Positions 11,762 to 22,836 of a stretch of DNA of 64,000 bases are shown here, piece after piece (position 1 is the stretch's first letter; every line of letters begins with the position of its first letter). The notes beneath the pieces are model-generated. The model saw only the letters and a program-made list of their open reading frames with translations, ran no database searches and had not been told where the DNA came from. The stretch covers positions 3,465,795-3,529,794 of the forward strand of contig NC_081400.1 of the NCBI RefSeq assembly GCF_030684315.1. Reading direction: 5' to 3'. Source of the DNA: Stegostoma tigrinum (Eukaryota). The translations under genes and the position numbers were made by a program.

Positions 11762-12633
11762 GTAGAACATAGAACATTACTGCACAGTACAGGCACTTCG
11801 GCCCTCGATGTTGTGCCGACCTGTCATACCGATCTCAAGCCCATCTAACCCACACTATTCCATGTACATCCATATGCTTGTCCAATGATGACTTAAATCT
11901 ACTTAAAGTTGGCGAATCTACTACCATTGCAGGCAATGCCTTCCATTCCCTTACTCATCTCTGAGTAAAGAAACTGCCTCTGACATCTGTCCTATATCGT
12001 TCACCCCTCAATTTAAAGCTATGCCCCCTCGTGGCTCGCCGTCACCATCCTCGGAAAAAGGCGTTCCCTCTCCATCCTATCTAACCCCCTGATTATTTTA
12101 TATGTCTCAATTAATTCACCTCTCAACCTTCTTCTCTATAATGAACACAGCCTCAAGTCCCTTAGCCTTTCCTCGTAAGACCTTCCCTCCATACCAGGCA
12201 ACATCCGAGTAAATCTCCTCTACACCCTTTCCAAAACTTCCACATCCTTCTTATAATGCGGTGACCAGAACTGTACACAATACTCCAAGTGCGGCTGCAC
12301 CAGAGTTTTGTACAGCTTCAGCAGAACCTCTTGGTTCCGGAACTTGATCCCTCTGTTAATAAAAGCTAAAACACTGTATGCCTTCTTAACAGCCCTGTCA
12401 ACCTGGCAACTTTCAAGGATCTGTGTACATGGAAACCGAGATCTCTCTGCTCATCTACACTACTAAGAATCTTACCATTCGCCCAGTGGCCTTCCGGTTA
12501 CTCCTACCAAAGTGCATCACCTCACACTTGTCTGCATTAAACTCCATTTGCCACCTCTCAGCCCAGCTCTGCACTTTATCTATGTCTCTCTGCAACCTAC
12601 AGCATCCTTCGTCACTATCCATAACTCCACTCC
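11762..12633 (-). mobile_element. 5'-truncated CR1 LINE
   Basis: Minus ORF GCCRLQRDIDKVQSWAERWQMEFNADKCEVMHFG; (TTCTATG)n-type 3' tail at about 11762; absent from cluster B. Confidence 0.9.
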
Positions 12634-13075
12634 AGATGGTGCTGTTTTGGGGGATGTTCACAATGTAGGTGTGTGGGCTCTGCTGGGCTAGATCTCGGCT
12701 TGAGTCAGAATTTTATTTATTAGCAGAATGTGGATGTGTCAGCTCTGTGTGTTTTCATGTTCAAACATTGGATTCATCCAAGCACCATCAGTGTTCACGT
12801 GGATTTGGGGACCAATGTCAGTACTCACCCTTATTCACACCCACCTCCTCCCACACCCGGAATCTCTGTTAAATTCCAAGAAGTAGCCGTTGAATGTTTG
12901 CAGACATGCGGCTGAGAAATCCTCGCTAGCAATGCAGTCTCTGATGAAGATATTTTTAAAAAGCTGTTTCAATCAAAAGCATCAAGCTTTCTTCTAGTTA
13001 CATAGGATTACACGCATATGCCCGACATCTACTTATTCAAACCTACAGACACATGCACACCCACAGACTCACGCA

Positions 13076-13077
<2 letters not shown>

Positions 13078-13134
<57 letters not shown>
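13078..13134. repeat. (CA)n microsatellite
   Basis: Seen directly. Confidence 0.95.
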
Positions 13135-13137
<3 letters not shown>

Positions 13138-13713
13138 CTTCTTTTACCACGTAATTCCCTCTCTCCCAATATCACACACTTTCTATTTAATGCAACCCCA
13201 CTCTCACACACAAGTGCGCAAACACCAACAGGCACATATTCACACACCCCCGCAAGTTCGCTCTCTCATCCATGCACCCAGATGTATTCCCCGGTCTAAT
13301 GCCCTCTCTCTGCCCTAACAGGTCCTCTCTCCCTTTCTTATAGACACACTGTCTCCATTACACATACCCTCTTTCACACACTCACTCACATGCATGCAAA
13401 TTTTTTCTCTTAACTATGCTCCCTAAACATACCCTTTCTTGATCACACTCTCTCTCTCTCATGTTCCAGCTCTCTCACACTTTCCCTGAACAAACAGACC
13501 CATATACACACAAACTTGCACACGAACGCTCGCACAAGTAGAATTTCAATTCACAATTATTCAGGACTTTGTCTATATTACACATGAGCATAATAATTCT
13601 GGGGTTAAATGATTTGCAATTTAACCCCACTGATAAGAGACAAGACATGTTTTACGAGGAGAGAGTTCTGACCTGCACACTTCAGTATTTAGACAAATGA
13701 GAGAAGAACTAAT

Positions 13714-14021
13714 TGATTAGATTCGAATACCTACAGTCTGTAAACTGGCCCTTCGGCCCAACAAGTCAACACCGCCTCTTGAAGCATCCCACCCAGACAC
13801 ATCTCCCTATAACCCACACACCCCTCAATACTATGGGAAATTTAGCATGGCCAATCCACCTAGCCTGCACATCTTTGGACTGTGGGAGGGAACTAGAGCA
13901 CCTGGAGTAAACCCACGCAGACGTGGGGAGAATGTGCAAACTCCACACAGAGTGTGGAATCGAACCCAGGTCCCTGGAGGATTGAGGCTGCAGTGCTAAC
14001 CACTGAGCCACCATGCTGCCC
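13714..14021 (-). mobile_element. HE1-type tRNA-derived SINE
   Basis: Reverse complement has A box GGTGGCTCAGTGG, B box GGTTCGATTCC, core CCCACAGTCCAAAGATGTGCAGG and a (TCTAA)n tail. Confidence 0.85.
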
Positions 14022-15539
14022 ACAAACCGTGGATTGCTAAAGTAAATGTAGAGAAGATGTTCCCTCATGTTGGAAGATCTAGACACAGAGAACACTGTTT
14101 CACGACAAGAGGTTATAGATCTAAAAGAGAGATGAGGAGGAATGATTCCTCTCCAAAGGGTGTGAATCTGAGAAGAGCAATGGGCGCCAGGTCACTGAGT
14201 AACTTTGAGGAGATGATAGATTTTTCATAAAGAACGTGTTAAAGGGGTTTATCCAGAGCGGGCAGGAGAGTAGAGTTGTGATCAAACATGGTGGTATTTC
14301 ATGGTGGAAAGGGATAGAAGGGCTGACTGGCTTGCTCCTGTCTGAGATGTCATGCTGTAATAAGAAAAACTGTAAGGAGTCACTAACATCGCAAAGTATG
14401 AGTGTCTTTAAGCAGAACAGAAACTGCTGAGATTGCACAGTGGACGAATATCTGGTGGCATGGCATCAGTCTTCACAATTTAACTAGGAATTTCTGGGGC
14501 CAGATGACAGTACAACATCGGAATGTCTCCTGCTTCCTTCAGAAGGCAAGAAAAATGATGACTGCAAACGTCAACTTCACTCTGTTCACAAGAAAATGAA
14601 AGTGCTTTGAGCATGTTCAGATTAGATACGTTCTCACTATATGATAGAGCCGACTCAGAGGCCTAGATGGCCTACTTCTGCCCGTACGTCTGTTCATCCT
14701 TCTCGATCAAACCTGCATGAAACTGGGAGTTTAAAGTTCTGGTCAAGTGTAGTTTGGGATGAAAAGTTAAAGTTACTCAGAATGTATCCTGAGACAATGG
14801 GAATGCTAGTTTGAAGAAAACAAAATGAAATAATTAACTGAAGCATTCAAGAAAATGTTGGAGGTGAACTGAGTTTCATTCTGTGTTAGGAAGCTGAAGA
14901 GAAAATTGGAGGCAATATCCAGGGAACACAACATTGCACTGACTGTGACCACAGCTGTCTTCTTCCTGCTTATGGGCTGTGAAATTGTGGGACTTGCCGA
15001 TGTGGATCCTGATCACTTTCAGGTCTGGGGACGGCGTCAGAGCAATTTCACCTGTTGCTGCTGTCACCGACAGAGCTTTCTGTATATGTCCAGCACTGCA
15101 ACCACACGGATAAGTTGGATTGCCAGGTGGGGTGGGGATAAGATGGGGAGGGTGTGGTGGGCAGAGAGCAGAGAATCCATTCACAATGTTTGTTGTATTC
15201 ATTTTTGTGGAAATTACCTGACTTGAGTTTGACAGAAATGTGGTGCACTGGAAAAAAATAGCAACATGCAGAGACGATGCCTGCTCATGGATACAGAGCC
15301 CAGGTTTGACCTTTGCTGAAGGTGAGCAGCATTCTCATCCGTACCGCCCGGTGGCGCTGTGAGTGATATATATAGTCATCCCAATCGGTAGGCGGGACTG
15401 TAACTGAAATATTTTCTCATCCCTGCCGCTGGGGGGCCTGTTGCTGTTGTGTCTGTTATCAACACATTCTCATCGCTGCCGATAGGTGCCGATTTGTTAC
15501 TGGAGTTCTTTTTGAACTGAAACAGATTTTGTTGATCTG

Positions 15540-16210
15540 ACTGATTTCTGTCACATTTACCTCGATACTGGAAAATGTTTTGTTTTTCATGAATGACAGC
15601 CAAAGCATATCGTACAAAGTGCATTACAGTAATAGAACAGAGTGAATAATACAATGCTATGATTGCAGAGAAATGCTACAAAGAGCGATATCAACTTTAA
15701 TTTAATAACTTAAGAGGTCCATGCAGAAGTCCAAAAACAGCAAGATAGAATCAGTTTCTGAATCTATTAGTGTGAGAGCTGCAGGTTTTGTATCTTTTGC
15801 CTAATGTGAGAGGCAGGGAGAGGTTATAACTTGTTCGTGAGGGGATTTTGATTATGTTGGCTGCCTTCCCGAGGCATACCTGGAGCCATTGGATGTAATG
15901 TTGGCAGGAATGATGTTCTGGGTTGTGTTCACACAGTCTGCGGTTTTCTACAGTCCTGGGCAGAGCAGTTGCAATAAAAAGCCATGATTGATCCCAACAG
16001 AATGCACTCTCTGGTGCATCTATAAAACTTGGTAAGCGCCTTTACGAACTTGCAGAATTTCCTGATTTTCCTGAGGAAGTAGAGGCGTTGGTGTGCTTTC
16101 TTGATATTAGTATCAACGTGAGTGGACCAAGACTGATTGTCATTCATCATCATTTTGAGGAATTCAACACTCTCAATCATATCCACCTTAGCACAATTGA
16201 TGTAGAACAA
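15540..16210 (-). mobile_element. Degenerate LINE 3' fragment, Rex1/Babar-like
   Basis: Minus ORF WSTHVDTNIKKAHQRLYFLRKIRKF...FYRCT...NCSAQDCRK; paralogue at 51990-52670. Confidence 0.65.
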
Positions 16211-17031
16211 TGCACTGAAAAGTATTTTGCCTTAACAGTACGGTGTCATTTTGTGTTAATAAAACAAGAGAATTAAATTATATTAATAGAGGTCATCGTT
16301 TGTACAAGCGGCTGTCAATCAGTTACAAGGCATCTGTAAGGTCTCTGCAAGATGTTCTGTCCTTCTGGAGTCCCTGGTCGAAGTGCTGCAATGATAAAAC
16401 TACCAAGTATTCACACTTCAGGCATCCAACCATATGTTTGTGCTACGGACACAATCTCTGCCTCAGCGATATGGCACTACTGCCAGGATTCCCTGCTCTG
16501 GACATCACCATCACCAGGAATTCCAGCTCAGATGCGGAACTGAATACTTTCCTACAGTCCCTGCATGTGCTCAAGTTCTCGCTCTCATAACCATGTGAGT
16601 GATATATATTTTCAAACAAATGGATGGAGCAACTCTGACTGACATATATCATCAACCCTGCTGCCTGATCTGGCAGCATCCATCAGGAGAAATCAAAGTT
16701 AACGTTTTGGGTCGAGTGACCCGTTGTCAGAACTGGGACATCGTCTGTCAGGCCACCTTCAGAGGGATCATCAACTGCATTTGCACTAAATACATGAACA
16801 GTTTTGATGAGGCATCAACTTTCCTGGTCTTTGGAGTTACTTGTTTGCACACTAGAAAATCTGCATTCCCATACAGAAGGACCATAAGTCCTCCTATTCC
16901 TTCCCAATTTCCTCCCCCAGTGGGATTGACGGGCAAATTGTTCAAGTCCGGACACTCGTCATTCCTACCACTTGGTGGCACTTTGATACGTACTTATCCA
17001 TTGCTGCACTGAACTGACTGGCTTTAACCCC

Positions 17032-17259
17032 AGAGATAATGGGAACTGCAGATGCTGCAGAATTCCAAGATAATAAAATGTGAGGCTGGGTGAACACAGC
17101 AGGCCAAGCAGCATCTCAGGAGCACAAAAGCTGACGTTTCGGGCCTAGACCCTTCATCAGAGGACTCTGATGAAGGGTCTAGGCCCGAAACGTCAGCTTT
17201 TGTGCTCCCGAGATGCTGCTTGGCCTGCTGTGTTCATCCAGCCTCACATTTTATTATCT
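17032..17259. mobile_element. Penelope-derived palindromic element with 13-bp TSD
   Basis: 98-bp inverted arms at 17065-17162 and 17165-17262; TSD TGGCTTTAACCCC at 17019-17031 and 17260-17272. Confidence 0.85.
17167..17194 (+). ncRNA. Minimal type I hammerhead ribozyme motif (mirror copy on minus strand at 17133-17160)
   Basis: CTGATGA-A-GGGT(CTAG)GCCC-GAAACGTC: intact core boxes, stem II, palindromic ACGT and a GUC triplet, as in Penelope-type minimal hammerheads. Stem I is only about 2 bp here. Confidence 0.7.
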
Positions 17260-17717
17260 TGGCTTTAACCCCTGCAAGTGTTATTGTCTGTCGTTAGATG
17301 GAGCTACCAGGTCTACATTCCTGCAGATCCCTGGGCATTGCCAAACTGTATAACTCGCCTGCCTTCTGCTGCAACAGCGTGAACACGAAACTTCAACATG
17401 TCGCTCCCGTTTCGTTGTCGTTCACGCTTCCCCCACTGCCATTCTCTATCCGTCCCTCTCACCCGCGTTCTCTGACTCTGACTTGACACTTCTCCCCCTG
17501 TGCTTTGTCTCTCACTGATATTCTGGCACAAATTCCCCTTGCTCACTGACATTCTCCCTCTGCCACACTCTTTTCCCTTAATTCCATCTCCCATTGGCAA
17601 CTCTCACTCTCTCTCCATCACTCTCCATCTCTCTCCCTCCCCACTCTCCGTTACCACTTCTATTCTTCCCTGTCTCTGGATGTGAGTTTGCTCGCTGAGC
17701 TGGAAGGTTAGTTTTCA

Positions 17718-17751
17718 GACGTTTCGTCACCATTCTAGGTAACATCATCAG
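17718..17751 (-). ncRNA. Minimal hammerhead ribozyme motif in the left arm
   Basis: Reverse complement CTGATGA-T-GTTACC(TAGAAT)GGTGAC-GAAACGTC, with stem I TCA/TGA. Confidence 0.7.
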
Positions 17752-18155
17752 TGAGCCTCTGACAAAGTGCTGGTGTAATGTCCCGCTTTCTATTTATCTG
17801 GTTAGGGTTCCTTGGGTTGGTGATGTCATTTCCTGCGTTGGTGATGTCATTTACAGATGAAATGACATCACCAACCCAAGGAAACCCAACCAGATAAATA
17901 GAAAACGAGACATAACACCAGCGCTTCATCGGAGGCTCACTGATGATGTTACCTAGAATGGTGACAAAACATCTGGGAACAAACCTTCAAGCTCAGTGAA
18001 CCAGCTTACATCTGGAACAAAATAAAGACCCACTCTTCTGTGGACCGAGAGGAGGAGGGCGCTGTGTTGGAGGTGGAAGGAAGACGTCGGGTTGGCTGTG
18101 CACCCTTGCAACCAGTGGATCTTAATGCTGGGTTCAGGGGAGCAGCCAACCTGCA

Positions 18156-19172
18156 ATGATGGCTGCGGCAAGTGCTCGTGCCCCAGGTCGGGGGGTCCGG
18201 AACACCATCCGTGCTTCATTGAAGAAGGTGGATGAAGGTGCACCTGTGGACCACACCTTCTTCATGAAGAGGGTCCTGTTGGACTGTTGTGGGATCGCTG
18301 CTGCGGACATTTATTGCCTGCAGGATTTCACCGGAGGAGGTTTTTACGATGTGACCTTCAGGAGTGCCAAGCTTTGTGAGCGCTTCCTGGAGGTTTTCAA
18401 GGAGAAAGGAGGTGAGGGCCCCGTCTCTGTATTGACCGCTGTCCCGCTGTTTGTGCCAGCGCAGAGGAGCCGTATGGTGACTGTACACATGTACAACCCG
18501 CATGTGCCAGCAGTTGATGTCTTGACCTTCCTTGGAAGGTACGTGAAGGTGGAAGGGGACCTAACTGACATCATGGACCCATTCGGGATCTGGACCAGTA
18601 AGAGGCAGGTCAAGATGACGCTGAGGATGGGCGCGGACGGGAGCATTGTACACCCACCGTCAAGCTTCGAGATCGGCGGGAGCAAGGGCTACCTGACCTA
18701 CGCAGGGCAACCTAACGTCTGCCATGCCTGTGGTAGGTCAGGTCACGTGGCGGCCAACTGCAGGGAGGAGGGACACCTTGCAAAGGATTGCCCACAAGAA
18801 AAAAGCTGCAACCTTTGCAGGGAAGCGGGCCACCTCTATAGGGCATGCCCGAAGCGGGGAACCTCCTACGCCCAGGTCGCTGGCAGGGGCAATGCGGAGA
18901 GGAGAGGAAGGCACCAGGGCCCTGCAAGGACACCAATAATGTGCAGGAGGGCCAAGTCGTGCAGGAGGGCCCAGCCCCTCAGGATGGGCCCGAGGCCAGC
19001 AAAGCACCCCTCCAGGCTCCACTCCCCCCACGAATACCCCAGAGTCGATGGAGGCGGCGACAGGCGACCCAGGGGGGTGAACAACGGTCCAGAAAGCGAG
19101 GAGGAAGGCGCGTCGGCGGGCACAGGAACCACAACCATCAGGCGGGAAGAGGCAGCTGCAGGGGGGCTATAA
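18156..19172 (+). pseudogene. Tx1 ORF1 (gag-like zinc-knuckle protein), frameshifted at the 3' end
   Basis: CHACGRSGHVAANC, a partly deleted second knuckle (..EEGHLAKDC) and CNLCREAGHLYRAC. Confidence 0.85.
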
Positions 19173-19555
19173 GAGCTCCCCTGACAAGGGAGATTCGGAG
19201 AGGGCCCGCCCAAAGCAGAAGTTAAAGATCTCAAGGGAGAAGAAAAGCAGCACAATGCTTCCAGGTGACGGGAGGCGTCCTGAGGCTCCCTCCAACACCC
19301 AGTCACATGCCGCTGGGGCCCTGGAGGGCCCCCCAGAACTTCCAGGCAAGAAGGAGGAAACAGCGTGTTCCCAGCCTGACCCAGAGCCGGACTCTCCTGC
19401 CTCCGTACCCCCGGGGGGAATGCCACCTGGAAGGCAGCACGGATGGTTTCCTGAGCATGGAGAGCGTCCAGCAGTTAGCCTGGGCAATGGGCATGAAGGG
19501 ACAGATGGAGGGGCTGGGCCTTGGACTTGGGGAGGGTACTGCGTCACTACCCACA

Positions 19556-22500
19556 ATGGGGGTACGAGTTGAGAGCATTAATGTGCGCAGCGTCAAGTCC
19601 ACTGCAAGATGTGTGTCCATTTGGCCTACCTGACCACCGTCAAGGCGGACCTCCTGTTTCTGCAGGAGTGCGGGATACCACACCTCAGCAGGTACGGGAA
19701 ATGGTCCGGCGTCTGGACCTGTGGACCTTCGATCTGGTCGGAGGTAACGACTGTCACTCCTCGGGCCTGGCTATTCTGCTGCGGGGTTGCAACTTCACCA
19801 TCTCTCAAGTTCAGGAGGTGGTGGGGGGGCACCTCCTTGTGGCTGATGTCACCAACATGAACGGTCCCCTGAGGCTGATCAACGTGTACACCCCAGCGGT
19901 ACAGAGTGAGCAGTTGGCCGTCCTGCAGCGGCTTCCACCCCTGCTGGCTATGTCCAGGCCGGTCATCCGAGGCGGACACTTCAACTACATCATTGATGCA
20001 GGTGGAAGATCCGGCGTGGTGACAGCGGGTGGGGGGAGTCAATTGGACGTCACGTCCAGATTCCTGATGGGCACGGTGAAGGACGCCAAGCTGCTCGACG
20101 TCTTCAGCACCCCTGCAGACGGAGCGCAGCGGAGGTACACCTGGTCGCGGCCAGACGGGTCTATTCGCTCAAGGATAGACTTCCTGTTTGTGTCACGGGC
20201 GTTCTCAGTCAGGTCCACCGGCGTTGAGCCGGTGTTCTTCTCTGACCACTGCCTCCTGCTGGCTGGCTGTCACTTACAGGACGACCAGCCGGCTGGCAAG
20301 AGGACGTGGAAGCTCACAACGACTCTGTTGACCCCAGAGAACGTCGAGGAGCTTAAGACGGAGTACGCCGGTTGGACAACCGTGAAACCCCTCTTTGAGT
20401 CTCCGGGCGACTGGTGGGAGACGGTGAAGGAGAACATCAAGAGGTTCTTTGTCCTCAAGGGTGTTCAGAAGGCGAGAGAGAGGCGGGGAAAGCTGTCACG
20501 ACTCCAGAAAAGGGTGCAGAACCTGCTCCTCCGTGGAGCAGGATGAGACGTGCTCGCGTTTCTTCTTTCAGAATGTGCACAAAGAGAGCTTTGTGCTTAG
20601 CTGGCTGAAGGAGGACGACGGCTTGGTGACGTCGTGTCGGCCCAACATTTTGAGGATCAGCAGATCCTTCTATGCCGGACTGTATGACACAAAGCCCATG
20701 GTCAGCACGGCCTCTGAGTCATTCCTGTCGTCTATCACAGAGGTCTTAGATGACAGCACAAGGGAGTGGCTGGACCAGCCGATATCCCTGGATGAGCTGA
20801 CCAGAGCCCTCAAGTCCTTGGAGAGGAATAAGACTTCCGGGAGAGACGGCTTACCGGTCGAGCTGTATTCCATTCTGTGGGACCTGGTCGGCCAGGACCT
20901 GCTGGAGGTGTACGATGGTGCGCTTCGGGCAGGGGAAATGTGCAAGTCCATGAGGAAGGACATCATCACCCTCATTTACAAGAGGAAGGGGGAGAGGGAA
21001 GAAATTAAGAATTGGCGTTCCATTTCACTATTGAACGTGGACTACAAAATCCTGGCCAAGGTCATAGCCAACCGGGTCATGTCTGTCCTGGAGTCGGTGA
21101 TTCACCCTGACCAAACCTGTGCTGTGCCGGCCAGGAAGATCACTGACAGCCTCGCGCTCATCAGGGATACGATCGCTTACGTGCAGGACAGGCAGGTGGA
21201 CACCTGCCTCATCAGCCTGGACCAGGAGAAGGCCTTCGACAGGGTCTGTCATGCTTACATGAGGGACGTCCTCTCCAAATTGCAGTTCGGGGAGGGCATC
21301 CGCAATTGGATCCGTCTGCTCTACACCAACATCGTTAGCGCAGTCTCGATCAATCGGTGGGAATTGGACAGTTTCCCCGTCAGATCTGGAGTCAGGCAGG
21401 GCTGCCCGCTCTCTCTTGCCTTGTTCGTGTGCTGTGTGGAGCCCTTCGCCGCATCCATCAGGAAGGACATGAGCCTGAACGGCATGGCTATCCCAGGCAG
21501 CGGAGGCCTTCAGGTCAAGACCTCCCTGTACATGGACGATGTCACCGTCTTCTGCACCGATCGTCGGTCGGTGAGTAGGCTGTTGGACATCTGCGGCCAG
21601 TTTGAAGTGGCCTTGGGTGCCAAAGTCAATAGGGGTAAGAGCGAGGCCATGTTCTTCGGGAACTGGGACAACCGCTCCTTCATCCTCTTCACCATCAGGA
21701 CAGACTACCTGAAGGTGCTGGGTGTTTGGTTTGGTGGAGTTGGGGCGTGCACTAAGACTTGGGAGGAGCGTATCACCAAATTGAAGCAGAAGCTGGGCAG
21801 GTGGACGCTCCAGTCCCTCTCCATCGCGGGTGAGAACCTGGTTGCCAGGTGTGAGAGGCTTTCGGTACTGTTGTATGTGGCGCAGGCCTGGCCTATTCCC
21901 TGGACCTGCGCTGCTGCGGTCACCCGGGCAATCTTCCACTTCATTTGGGGGTCGAGGATGGACCGGGTCCACAGGGACACCATGTACAAAGACCTGGAAA
22001 ATGGGGGAAAGGGCGTACTGAACGCCACCCTCCCCTGACGGCTACCTTTGTGTGCTGCTGCATCAAGCTGTGCGTAGATCCTCAGTACGCAAACACCAAG
22101 TGTCACTACTTACTGAGGTTCTACCTGTCCCCGGTGTTGTGAAGGATGGGCCTGGCTTCGTTGCCGCGGAACGCTCCGAGTAGTTGGACCGTTCCGTACC
22201 ACCTGTCCTTCGTAGAGAAATTTTTGAAAGGAAACACCTTTGACCACAAGGCCGTCAGGTAGTTGTCAGCATGTAGTATCGTCGAGACCCTTTAGGAAAA
22301 GGAGAGGGTGAATCCTGTCGTGTGGTTCCCCATGCAGTCTGCCAACGTCATTTGGTAGAATGCCTCATGGCCAGAGCTTTCAAACAAGCACAAGGACATT
22401 GCTTGGCTGGCGGTGAGAGGGGCTCTGCCAGTGAGATCCTTTATGCATGCCCGGAATCTCTGCGCCACCACACGCTGCCCTCGAGGCGGCTGCGGGGGGG

Positions 22501-22836
22501 ACGAGACTGTCAATCGCCTCCTTCTGGAGTGTGCCTATGCGCAGGAGGTCTGGAGGGGGATGCAGTTTGTCGACGTTCGTCCCGAGCAGCTCCGTGACGT
22601 GGGACTCCGTGCTCTATGGGCTGTTTCCCGGGATGCACACTGAGACCAACATCAACTGCGCCTGGAGGACCATCAATGTGGTGAAAGACGCTCTTTGGTC
22701 TGCCTGCAACTTGCTGGTCTGCCAGCTGAAAGAACTGACCCCGACTGAGTGTTGCAGACTGGCGCACTCCAAGGTCCAGGACTACGTGCTGAGGGATGCA
22801 CTAAAGCTTGGGGCAGCCGCCGCCAAGGCGCGGTAG
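19556..22836 (+). pseudogene. Tx1 ORF2 (endonuclease + reverse transcriptase), disrupted
   Basis: MGVRVESINVRS..., LFLQEC, LINVY, RIDFLF, FSDH; RT motifs KNWRSISLLNVDYKILAK, LDQEKAFD, GVRQGCPLS, YMDD. Split over several frames with stops. Confidence 0.9.

Noticed and set aside
17960-18018. Ordinary long TSD of the Tx1 element
   Set aside because: The two copies are far more different from each other than the 3' copy is from the host's own left arm (13 versus 3 differences in 56 bp against that arm).
18156-19172. Possible host ZCCHC3-like gene
   Set aside because: It lies directly before an EN/RT ORF2 and A tail inside a nested insertion, so it is retrotransposon ORF1.
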